From assembly GCF_020745735.1 (NCBI RefSeq), contig NC_083423.1, positions 15,748,001 to 15,812,000 of the forward strand: a DNA stretch of 64,000 nucleotides, given 5' to 3'. Positions 36,425 to 47,921 of this stretch are shown piece after piece. The stretch's first letter is position 1. Every line of letters begins with the position of its first letter. This stretch comes from Hemiscyllium ocellatum. Its lineage: Eukaryota. The notes under the pieces were generated by a model. It made no database searches and was not told where the DNA came from. It worked only from the letters and a program-made list of their open reading frames with translations. The position numbers were made by a program, and so were the translations under genes.

Positions 36425-39400
36425 ACTGTAAGAGTTGCTCCTTTTTTGAGGTACTCGAGGTGTTGGAGGTGATTTCCTCGAATTCAAAGAGCAGCAGTTA
36501 CTGTTTTATAAGCTGTTGTATTGTTTTGGAACTTTAGGGCAACAAAGATCAAAGCAATGGTGCTTCAAAAAGGAGGAAAACAGACAAAGGCAGTGACCAC
36601 GTGATCTAAGAAAGAAACCTATGCTGCTGTCAGATACAGCACTGAATCTGCACAGTTAATGCATTTGCTCTTCGACTTCAAGTATCTCTGGACATTGAAG
36701 TGCGTCTAAGACATATTAACAATCAGTGAAATTCACAGCTGACCTTGTGGGAACCTGTTTTGGAGAGTGCTCAACACAGGAACAGATAACTGCATAGTTG
36801 TTAAGTGTAACCTTGCTGTAAATCTGCAATAATGAGTAGAGTGGGATCTTCCTTGATCGTTTTATTGAGATCTGTCTCTCGATTAAATTTTTAAAAATAT
36901 TAAACCATAAGTACTAAGTTAGCTTAGAGCATTGTTTTTTTTAGTGATAAGACATTGCTATTTTCTGGGTCTGTAAATTGTGAAGGAGCAAATATGGCCT
37001 TTAGTAGAGTGAATGTGCTCTTCCTGTGGCATTTGGGAGCTTATGAAGAGTTTCCAAGTTCCTGATGATTATGTCTACAGGGAGTGTGTTTGTTGCGAAT
37101 CTTATCAGATCACATGCATCCATTGGAATTGCAGTTAGAGGCAATAAGGAATTTACAGGAGCTAGCGGTCTGATGGATGGCAGTTATAGGGAGAAAAGCC
37201 ACATTTACAGTCAGGTAGCTGGGTTAACTTCAGGCAAGGTTAGAAGGGGCAGACAGTTAGAGTAGAAGTCTCTTATGGCTCTCCCCGTCTCAGTCAAGTA
37301 TGCTGTTTTGGCAAATGTAGGGAGTGATGGACTCTCAGAGGAATGTAGCACAAATAGCTAAGTTTGTGGTATCAAGAATGGCTGTTATATACGGAGGAGT
37401 ACTTCAGGTTTCAAGCGATCGATTTATGATAAGGGACTCTTTGGTCAGAGGCACAGACAGACGTTTCTGTGGCCAGCAGGGAGAAATCAGAATGGTGTGT
37501 TACCTTCCTGATGTCAGGATCAAGGATATCTCAGCAGATGCAGAATGCTCGAAGAAGAGAGGGACCAGCAGGAAGTTGTTGTGCACATTGGAACTAATAA
37601 CATAGAAAGGGAAAAGGATGAGGTTCTGAATGGACAGTATAGGAAGATGGCAGGAATGTAAGAAGGAGATCCTTGAGGTAGTAATATCTGAATTACTTCC
37701 AGTGCCACAAAGTAGTGAGGGTAAGAATAGGAGGATAGAGCAGATAACTGTGTGGCTGAGGAGCTGGTGCAGTGGAGAAGGGTTCACATTCATGGATCAT
37801 TGGAATCTCTTTTGGGGTAGACGTGACCAGTTCAAGAAAGATGAATTCACCTGAATTGGAAGGGGACTAATATACCGGCAGGGAGATTTGCTAGAGCTGC
37901 TCAGGAGGATTTAAACTAGTAAGATGGGGGATGGGACCCAGGGAAGTAGTGAGGAAAGCAGTCAGTCTGAAGTGCAGTTGGGAAAAGGAGTGATCCAAAC
38001 AGTCAGGGCAGGCAGGAACAAAGCAGAAAACAAGGTAGGACTGATAAATTAAACTGCATTTATTTCGATGCAGGAGGATGAACAGGGAAACAGCTGAACT
38101 CAGGGCATTATTGGGAACATGGGGCTGGGATATCATAAATATTACAGAGAAATGGCTCAGGATGGACAGGAATGGCAGCTGAATATTCCGGGGTACAAAT
38201 CCTATAGAAAGGATATAAAAGAGGGCAAGAGAGGAGGGGGAGTGGCATTTTTGATAATGGATTGCATTAAGGCTGTACTTTGGGAGGATATTCCTGGGAA
38301 TGCTGAGAAATTGGAAAGGGAAGATCACCTTATTGGGATTGTATTATACATCCCTGCCCCCCCCCCCCCCCCCCCCCACACACACACACAATAATCAGTG
38401 GGAAATTGACAAACACATTGGTGAGGAGATCTCAATTACCTGTAAGAATAATAGGGTGGTTATGGGAGGGAATTTTCACTTTACAAACATAGACTGGGAC
38501 TGCTGTAGTGTTAGGGTTTAGATGGAGACAAATTTGTTAACTGTGTATAAAAAAAAATTGGGGATTTATTATGTGGATGTACCTATTAGAGAAAATGCAA
38601 AACTTGACCTACTCTTGGGAAATAAGGCTAGGCAGGTGACTTGTGTCAGTGGGGGACCACTTTGAGGCCAGTGACCATAATTCTATTAGTTTTAAAATAG
38701 AGATGGAAACAGATAAACAAAATCTAAGAGATGAAGTTCTCAATTTGAGGAAGACTAATTTTGATGGTATTAGGCTAGAACTTTCAAAAGTTGATTGTGA
38801 TAAGATGTTTGTGGGCAAAGGGATGGTTGTAAAATGGGAAGCCTCAAAAATGAGGTGATGAGTCCAGAGACAAGATACACCTTTTAGGGTGAAAAGCAAG
38901 GCTGATAGGTGTAGGGAACGCAGGCTGACTCAAGAAATTGAGAAAGTGAGGGCTGCAGATGCTGGAGATCAGAGCTGAAAAATGTGTTGCTGGAAAAGCG
39001 CAGCAGGTCAGGCAGCATCCAAGGAACAGGAAATTCGACGTTTCAGGAACCCTCCAACCACAAGGGATGAATGCAGATTTCTCCAGCTTCCTCATTTCCC
39101 CTCCCCCCACCTTATCTCAGTCCCAACCCTCGGACGCAGCACCGCCTTCTCGACCTGCAATCTTGTTCCCGACCTCTCCGCCCCCACCCCCTCTCCGGCC
39201 TATCACCGTCGCCTTAATCTCCTTCCACCTAACGCATTCCCAACGCCCCTCCCCCAAGTCCCTCCTCCCTACCTTTTATCTTAGCCTGCTTGGCACACCT
39301 TCCTCATTTCTGAAGAAGGGCTTATGCTTGAAACGTCGATTCTCCTGCTCCTTGGATGCTGCCTGACCTGCTGCGCTTTTCCAGCAACAAATTTTTCAGT

Positions 39401-39860
39401 TCATGAAATTGAGGTTTTGGTTAAGAAAAAGAAAGAAGCATATGTCAGATATAGACAGCAGAGATCGAGTGAATCCTGCTGTCAGGATTACTGCTGTCCA
39501 AAAGGTAGCAGGAGTACACTTAAGAAAATCAGGAGGGCAAAAAGGGAACATGAAATAACTTTGGCAAATAGGGTTGAGGAGAATCCAAAGATATTCCATA
39601 AATTCATTAAGATCAAAAGGGTAACTAGGGAGAGAAAAGGGACCCTCAAAGATCAGCGAGGCAGCCTATGTGTGGAACCGCAGGAGATGGAAGCGAAAAT
39701 GAATGATTATTTTGTATCAATGTTTACTGTGGAGAAGGACATGGAAGATATAGAATGTGAGGAAAGAAATGATGATATCTTGAAATCTGACCATGTAATG
39801 GATGAGGAGATACTGGATGTCTTAAAGTGAATAATTCCTCAGGACCTGATCAGGTGTAGT
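36425..39860 (+). mobile_element. 5' half of a CR1 LINE: presumed 5'UTR, ORF1 (zinc finger plus SGNH esterase) and ORF2 endonuclease, decayed
   Basis: ORF1 from ~36993 with DSLVRGTDRRFCG and DHWNLFWGR; ORF2 motifs GKRGGGVAF, LDLLLG, ASDHNSI, ENPKIFHKFIK; truncated at the Penelope at 39866. The 5' boundary is uncertain. Confidence 0.85.
38943..39400. mobile_element. Penelope 3' fragment with inverted terminal segment, inserted in CR1 ORF2
   Basis: Inverted arms at ~38970-39045 and ~39330-39400; 13-bp TSD TCA(A/T)GAAATTGAG at 38930-38942 and 39401-39413. Confidence 0.85.
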
Positions 39861-39865
39861 GTCAA

Positions 39866-41362
39866 TAGTGTGATGCTGGAAAAGCACAGCAGATCAGGCA
39901 GCATCTGAGGAGCAGGATAATCGACATTTCGGCCATCAGCCCTTCATCAGGAATGAGGCTTATGGGCCGGAGTGTTGAGAGATAAATGGGAGGGAGGTAG
40001 CTGGGAATACAGTAGGTGCATGAAATGAGGGAGAAGGTAATAGGTCGGAGAGGAGGGTGGAGCAGACAGATGGGAATTAGGACAGCCAGGTAAAGAGGGC
40101 TGTGCTGCGTTGGAGGCTTGGGACTGGGATAAGATGGAGGGAGGGGAAATGAGGAAACTGGTGAAATCCACATAAATCCTGTGTGATTGCAGGGTCCCAA
40201 GGTGGAAGATGAGGTGTTCTTCCTCCAGATGCCGGATGCTTTGGGTTTGGCAATGGAGGAGGCCCAGGCCCTGCATGTCTTTAGTGGAATGGGAGGGGAA
40301 TTTGAAGTGTTCAGCCACAGGGCAGTTTGGTTGGTAGATGCGGCTGTCCCAGGGATTTTCTCTGAAATGATCCACAAGTTGGCGTCCTGTCACCCTGCTG
40401 TAGAGACCACATCGGGTGCAACAGATACAGTAGATGACATTGGATGTACAAGTAAATTTCTGTTGGATGTGGAAGGATCCTTTGGGGCCTTGCAAGGAGG
40501 TGAGGGGGGAGATGTGGGGGAGGGTTTTGCACTTCCTGTGGTGACAGAGAAAGGTGCTGGGAGTGGGGTGTGGGTTGGTGAAGGACGTAGATCTGATATG
40601 GGAGTCACAGGTGGAATGGTCTCTCTGGAACGCTCATAGGGGTGAGGAGGGAAATATATCCCTCGTGGTGGGCTCTGCCTGTAGGTGGCGGAGGATGATG
40701 TAACATGTGTGGAAGTTGGTGGGGTGGAAGGTGAGGACCCGGGGCAGGTTCTGTCCTTGTTGCATTGGGAGGGATGGTGTTCAAGGGCGGAGGTGCAGGA
40801 AGTAGGGGAGATGCACTGGAAAATATCGCCGACCACGTGGGAGGGGAAATTGCAGCCTTTGAAGGAGGAGGCCATCTGGGATTTTCTCTGGTGGAATTGG
40901 CCGTCCTGCGAACAGATGTGGAGGCGGAGAAATTGGAAATAAGGGATGGAAGACATCTTTCCAGGAGGCAGCGTGGGAGGAGGCACAGTCCAGGCAGCTG
41001 TGGGAGTCCATGGGTTTGTAGTATATGTCTGCCGTTAGTCGGTTGCTGGAGATGGAGGGGAGGGAGGTGCCTGAGATGGTCCAGGTGAATTTGAGGTCAG
41101 GGTGAAAGGTGTTAGTGAAGTTGGTGAACTGTTCAACCAACTTATGGGAGCACAAGGTCATGCCAATAGAGTCATCGATGTCGCGGAGGAAAAGGTGAGG
41201 GATGGTGTCAGTGTAGCTGCGGAATTTGGACTTTTTCACATACCCGACAAAGAGGCAGGCCTAGCTGGGGGCCATGCAGGTGGCCATGGATACCCATTTG
41301 GTTTGGCGGAAGCGGGAGGATTGAAAGGAGAGGTTGTTATGCGTGAGGACCAATTCAGCAAG
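39866..41362 (-). mobile_element. Penelope-like element: RT plus GIY-YIG endonuclease, decayed
   Basis: GVSMATCMAP..ACLFVG, LFLRDIDD, DIYYKP.DSH; GIY-YIG region FTCTSNVIYCICCTRCGLY...PVAEHF...LEEEHLIFHLGTLQ. Confidence 0.92.
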
Positions 41363-43137
41363 GTGGATACCGCCACTGCAGCAATTTCCGACCCTAGAAA
41401 CATGACTCACCAGAATTCAGATTACTCCACCACCGATATCACTTCTGCCATCAGTGACATCACTCACCAGAACTCAGCTGGCGACATCGCTGACATCCTG
41501 CCTGATATCACTTCTGCCCCCACGGGCAATGCCATAGGCCTCACTTCCGCCCCCATGGTGAGCATCACTTCTGTTGGTGATGTCACTCCTGACCCCATAA
41601 CCATACCAAATCAGTGGCAGTCTCTGACCCAAGTTATAACAAGATAAAATTCATCAACTACAATTATTACTGAAACCACAAACACCTCCCTGGAACTAAC
41701 AACAGTTTTGTGATATGCATATTGCTGTAGCAGAAAAGAATGCCTGCGAATGGCCAGTCTACCTTGAAGAGTCAAGTTCAAAAGTTCTAATCATTAAATA
41801 TGCAGCAATGATGTAGTACCTTTGCACTATATTGTATGCAATGTAATGTTGTTTTATACAAGGGAAGTCTGAGTGTGAAATAGAGACTGTGTTGTTGAAA
41901 CTCAACGATCGAATGAAGAAGAATTGGTAGATACGAAAGTGCCTAAGGATATTTCAATAGAGAGTGGATTTGTCGGGCTTTTGATTTATTTTTATGTTGA
42001 CTTTGCCTACTCTATTTCTGCCAGCTTCTCTACTCTTCGCAGAACTTGACTTGTTCGATCAAAATGCACAGAGAGGGAACTGTCGGTCCCACTTTCAAAT
42101 GATCAAACATTCACTTCAATACCTTTTTCATTATTGCTTTCTTATGTTAATTTTGCTTCTTGAAGTGTTTTATTAAATTCAACACTGGTAGCTAATTTGG
42201 TTCAGTTGCTGAAATATAGACATCAGAAAGATTCCAACTTTGATATTTGTTCTTTGTTGGGTTAATAGATCTTATTTGTTGTTGTGATGGGTGACTAATG
42301 ACTCTGACTCTGTAGAAGGTCAAATTGTAGAGACTATAGTTATGATCCCAGTTGATGGTAATTCTTGACATGTCAGCTCCCAGACTGAAAGTTGGTTTGA
42401 TAGATTGCAAATTTTATTTTGAAGCTTGTTTTGCCATCAGGATAACCACAGAACACATTCCAAGCGGCTTTGAATGTTCTTTTAACAAAGGGAGCATTTA
42501 TTGAGAAAGTTTCTACAAGGTGTTGCAGTGCCCGTGCGTGTCAAGGAACACAGATTTGTAGTGACACATTGTACAGCAAAGAAATAATAGCTCCCAGGAA
42601 CCTCATCTGTGTTTTCTGCTTAAAGCTATTTTCTGTTTTTTTCTGACCTAACACACTGTGGTAGACTAGCTCCCTTTACTTAATCAAACCGTCTCCAATT
42701 GTGGATCCAACAAAAAAAGTGACTGTCCACTGACAACTTGTGCACTGCACGTGCTCCAATGACTGTAGCAAATGATGGTCGAGTGGAGAACTGCCCTCCT
42801 CCATCTCTCTTCCCCACCCTCTCCTCCCACAATGGCCATGATGAGTGCCAACAATGCTTGTACAGAAACTGATGTCACCGAACAAGGAACATGATTTGTG
42901 TCAATAATGCATGTGTAGATGCTTCTTGCAGCCTGATGCAGTCAGCTAATGTTATTGCCTAGTTTGACACATAGACAGGCCCATTTTGGTAGTTACTTTG
43001 GCATTCATGGAAATCACTACATTTAATAAGGAATGCAAAAATCTTAACATCTGGCCAGTGATCAGTTGTCATTCTGTATTTGTTGTTCACTTTGTAAACG
43101 TTTCATCAATTAATTCTCCAGGTACCTTGCAAATCAC

Positions 43138-45780
43138 TTTGATTTGATTTATTATTTTCACATGTACCGAGATAGGCTGAAAAATATTGTTTTGCATGTT
43201 AATCAAACAAATCATACCTTACGTAAGTATGTCAGGGTAATATAAGAGAATGCAAGTATAATGTTATAACTGTGGAGAAGGTGCAGAGAAAGATCAACTT
43301 TAATATGAGAGATCTGTTCATGAGTTTGATAACAGTAGGAAAGAAGATGTTCTTCAATCCATTGGTACATCTTCTCAAACTTTAGTATCTCTGTCCGATG
43401 AAAGAGAATATGACCAGGGTAGGCAGGTTCTTTGATTATGTTAGCTGCTTTCCTGAGGCAGCAGGAGTGTCGATGGAGTCAATGGAAGGAAGGCTGGTTT
43501 GTGTGATGGACTGGGTGACAGTTGCCATACCAAGCTATAATTCATTTGGATTGGATACTTCCTGTCGTGCATCTATAAAGATTGGTCAGAGTGTTTGTGG
43601 ACATGCCGAATATCATAGAACATAGAACACTACAGCACAGTACAAGCCTTTTGACCCTCGATGTCAGACTAACTTACATACCTGTCATTGTACTGTCTTC
43701 TACATACCTATCCGAGAGTCGCTTAAATGTCCCTAATGTATCTGACTCTAATACCACTGCTAGCAGTGCATTGCATGCACCCACCACTCTCTCACTAAAG
43801 AACATACCTCTGTCATCTCCCCTAAACCTCCCCCAATTGCATTAAAATTATGCCCCCTTATGATAGACATTTCTGCCATGGGAAAATGTCTCTGGCTATC
43901 CACCTTATCTATGTCACTCATCATCTTCTGCAATTCTATCAAGTCACCTCACCTCTTATCCTTATTTGCTCCAATGAGAAAAGCCCTGGCTGCCTCAACC
44001 TTTCCTCATAAGAAATGCCCTCCAGTCCAGGCAGTATTCTGGTAAATCTCCTCTGCGTCCTCTCTAAAGCTTCCACATCTTTCCTATAAAGAGGTGACTA
44101 AAACTGAATACAGTATTCCAAGTGTGGTCTCACCAGGGTTCTATAGAGCTCTCGCATAACCTTGTGGCTCTTCAAGTCAATCCCCCTGCTAATGAAAGCC
44201 AACACACGATGCGCTTCTTTACAGCTCTACCAACTTGGGTGACAACTTTGTGGGATCTTTGGATATGGATCCCAAGATCCCTTTTGTTCCTCCACACTGC
44301 CAAGAATCCTGCTTTTAACCCAGTATTCTGCTTTCAAATTCGACCTTCTGAAGTGAACGACTTCTCAGTTTTCCCAGTTTAAAATCTATCTGCCACTTAG
44401 CAGCCCAGTTCTGCATCGTGTCACTGTCTCGCGACAACCTCCAGCAGCCCTCCACACTATCCACAACTCTACCAACCTTCGTGTTATCAGCAAACTGACT
44501 AAACTCAGTTTTTCACTTCCTCATCCAAGTCATTTATAAAACTCAAAGAGCAAAGATCCCAGAATGGTCGCTGCGGAGCACCACTGGTCACCGAGCTCCA
44601 GGCTGAATACCTTCCATCGTCTTATGTGGGCTGCCAAATGTGTGTTCAGACAGACAGATTTCACTGTATCCCATGCCTCCTTCCTTTCTGAATGAGCCAA
44701 CCGTGGGAAACCTTATCAAATGCCTTGCTAGAATCCATGTATACCACGTCCACTGCTCTACCTTCATCTACATGTTTTGTCACATCCTCAAAGAATTCAA
44801 TAAAGTTTGTGAGGCATGACCTGTCTCTCAGAAAGCTATGCTGACTATCTTTAATCGAACAATGGTTTTCCTTAGTCTTCTGCAGAACTAGAGGCGTTTA
44901 TGTGCATTTTTGACTGTAACATCAATGCAGGTTGCTCAAGTCAGATCGTTAATGGTATTTACTCCCAGGAACCTGAAGTCTTAACCATCTGCACCTCAGC
45001 ACCATTGATTCGCACAGAGCCGTCTCCTCCACTCTATTCCTTGAAGTTGATTACCAGCTCCTTCATTTTGCTGATATTGATGGAGAGATTGTTGCCATTA
45101 CACTATGCCACTAAGCTGTGGATCCCTTTCCTATCCTGTGTTCCCTCATAGGTTGAATTTCAAGCAATCACGGTGATGTTATCAGCAATTTATAAATTGA
45201 GTGAGCTAAATTTGGCCACACAGTCATGAATGTGTAAAGAGTACAGTGTGGGGCACTAACGTTCAGGGCTTTTGTGGAGGAGCTATTGTCATCTATCCTC
45301 ATTGATTGAGGTCTGCGGGTCAGGAATTCCAGGGTCCAGTTGCCAAGGTGGGACCAGAGTTTGAGGCTCGGAGTCTGGATGTGAGTTTGCTTGGAATTAG
45401 AATGTTTAAGGTGGAGCTAAAGCTAATAATAGGAATCTGGAGTTGATGTCCTTGTTATTCAGATGTTCCAGGGATGAGGACTAGGGAGATGGCATCTGCC
45501 TTGGACCTATTGTGACAGTAGGCGAATTGAAGTGAATCAATGCAATCAGGGAGGTTGGAGTTGATGTGTGTCTTTACTAACCTCTCAAAGTACTTTGGAA
45601 TGATGCATGTTAAAGTTATCAACTCAAAGTCATTAATACATTTCCTGATTTTTCTAGTTGTCTTCTTGAAGCAGATGGGAACCTCTCATCATAGTAAGAA
45701 GAGGTTAAACATGTCTGTGAATGGTCCATGCAGGATCTGAGTGCTTGGCCGGAGACTCCATCCGGATCAGTCACCACATG
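43138..45780 (-). mobile_element. Rex1/Babar-like LINE split by a CR1 insertion
   Basis: (TCAAA)n-type tail preceded by AATAAA on the minus strand; sequence is continuous across the insertion (GTGGACATGCCGAAT|TTCCTTAG); degenerate RT motifs. Confidence 0.7.
43612..44868 (-). mobile_element. CR1 LINE nested in the Rex1-like element
   Basis: (TTCTATG)n tail at 43615-43629; homologous to 32703-33950. Confidence 0.9.
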
Positions 45781-47579
45781 CTTTCTTGGAAATTATATTT
45801 TGAAATAACTGTCAAAAATGATTTTCTGACAACTACTTAGAAATGTCACCTCTACATAACAGAAGAGTAAAATCTATTTCCTCTATCTTCAATTCCAAAT
45901 TCTCAAATAATAACAATATATTACAAACTTGCGTCACAACGTGAACCAATGTTAGTATTTAAAACTTTCACACATCCAAACCTACAGCAAGACAACATCA
46001 ATACATCTTATATTTTTATTTTGTCTTCAAGCCACATAACCTTCCAGTGACATTTTACAGCAATGCACAACCAGCATTTTCACACTGATCTACATTGAAA
46101 GAATATTAAAAAGGAGAGCAAAATCTTTGTCAGTTTGATTTTGTGTGTCTTAAAGGACAAGAGAGGGGTTTAGGGAAGGAATTGCAAAACTTATGAACTG
46201 CACAGGCAAAGGCAGAGCTGGCAAAGGGGGAGCATTTAATGTCAGGAAAGCAGAGAGGTCAGAATTCAAGGTTGGCAGAGTTCTTGGAGGCTTGGTAGTG
46301 GAGATAAGAGATGAAGAGGACCAATGGAGCAATTTGGAAACAAATTGCTGGATTGAAAGAAAGTATATTTCTGAGCAGAGTGGTGAATATTTGATTATGC
46401 GGCTGCATACAGATACCAGAGCTCAGGAGTGGGCTTAAGTTTATGAATGGTGCAAGTCAGGAGGACAGTATGGTGAAGATTGGAGCACTCTAGTCTCATG
46501 GAGCAAGCCCAGAAAATTTCAACTGTCGCTGATGTAAAACAGGAACATTAGAACAATTCCTTTACCTCTTTGGCCTTTTTCTAGACAAGAACAGTTTGGA
46601 AACAGTAGGATTGAGAATTATGGTGATAAACTAACAGTCACATCACTGATGTTGTTGAATAATAGAGATAAACGGCCTGGTTGTCCCTGCCATCTCCTCC
46701 ACCTCCTGATTCATACGTTCACATGTATCTTTGAAAAGAACCTTAAAACTTGAAACAGAAGTTTGTTCACCTTCTGAATTTTCCTCACTTAATCTCTTGG
46801 TTTCATAATCTTTGTGTTGTTGAGTGCAAAATGCATTACTTATATAATGCAAAGTCTTAAAAAATAGCATTAAATTGGCAACCAGTTCAAAAGTTGTGAC
46901 TTTTACTGAACTGAAATTTGTACTTGATCCTTAACTTAGTTCTGCTGACAGTGAATAGTCTGTCAACTGTTTGACTGGTGTTGTTCAAGATACAGAGTTG
47001 TACGATCCTATCTTGTTCTTCTGACAAATGAGTCCAACCCCAAACTGTGTGAGATCTCTCAAATCCACTTGGATTTATCAGTAGATACTCCTTGCTTGCC
47101 TTACTCATAATTGAAGAACAAATGAATTGGAAATTAAGGTCCTTCATTATTTGCGCTGATAAGTCATGCAGTCATTTCCAAGAACAATTCAATGTTTTGT
47201 AGCAATGAAGAGAATAGTTCAGGATCTCATTCATGATGAGCTATTCACTGCTACTTAGATTGTTAGTTTGTTTGTTTGATTGTCAACTGTATTTTAATGT
47301 AAGATAGCAGTGTGAAAAATAAATAATCTCATTGTAATGTGTGGCTGATTGTTGGATCAAACTTCTTCATTTAATTTTCTGTCAATGAAAATAAAAGACA
47401 AAGTTTAAACAGAGGGAAGGCTGAAAGCCTTAGTTAATTAAAACTGCATTATAAATGACCATGAAGATAATACAGCAGCATCATCTTTTCTGAATTGAAG
47501 TTCAACCATTTGGTCACAATTTGTTTCAACCGGTTGAAATTTTACAGAAGACATGACAGGGAATGGAAAGTGGTTTGTT

Positions 47580-47921
47580 AGATACAAGAACAGAAATTGC
47601 TGGAATAAGCCCCATAGGTCCAGCAGCAACTGTGGAGAGAAATCATAGTTAACATTTCAGGTTCAGTGACCCTTCTTCAGAACTAATGGTAGGTAGGAGA
47701 AAATTGGAATTCTGTCTTTCAGCTGTAACTCCACCTATCATTTACTTTTTTACCCCTTCCTGCTACCCAATCTTCTGCATAAAACCCAACTTCTTCCTAG
47801 CTATCAGCAGATCTGAAGAGGAGTAAATGGACCAGAAATATTAACTCTGATTTCTTTCCACAGATGCTGCCAGACCTGCTGAGCTTTTCCAGCAATTTCT
47901 GTTTTTGTGTCTGATTTCCAG
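47580..47921. mobile_element. Penelope-derived foldback element
   Basis: Inverted arms at 47590-47682 and 47812-47905, each with a hammerhead-like core. Confidence 0.75.

Noticed and set aside
41102-41647. 181-aa plus-strand ORF as a novel protein
   Set aside because: Chimera of antisense Penelope RT and the low-complexity block; no start context or exon structure.
47190-47245. KRIVQDLIHD, faintly like a downstream EXOC4 peptide (KTVQDLLNLMHD)
   Set aside because: Similarity is too low for such a conserved protein, there are no convincing splice sites, and the intervening exon is absent.
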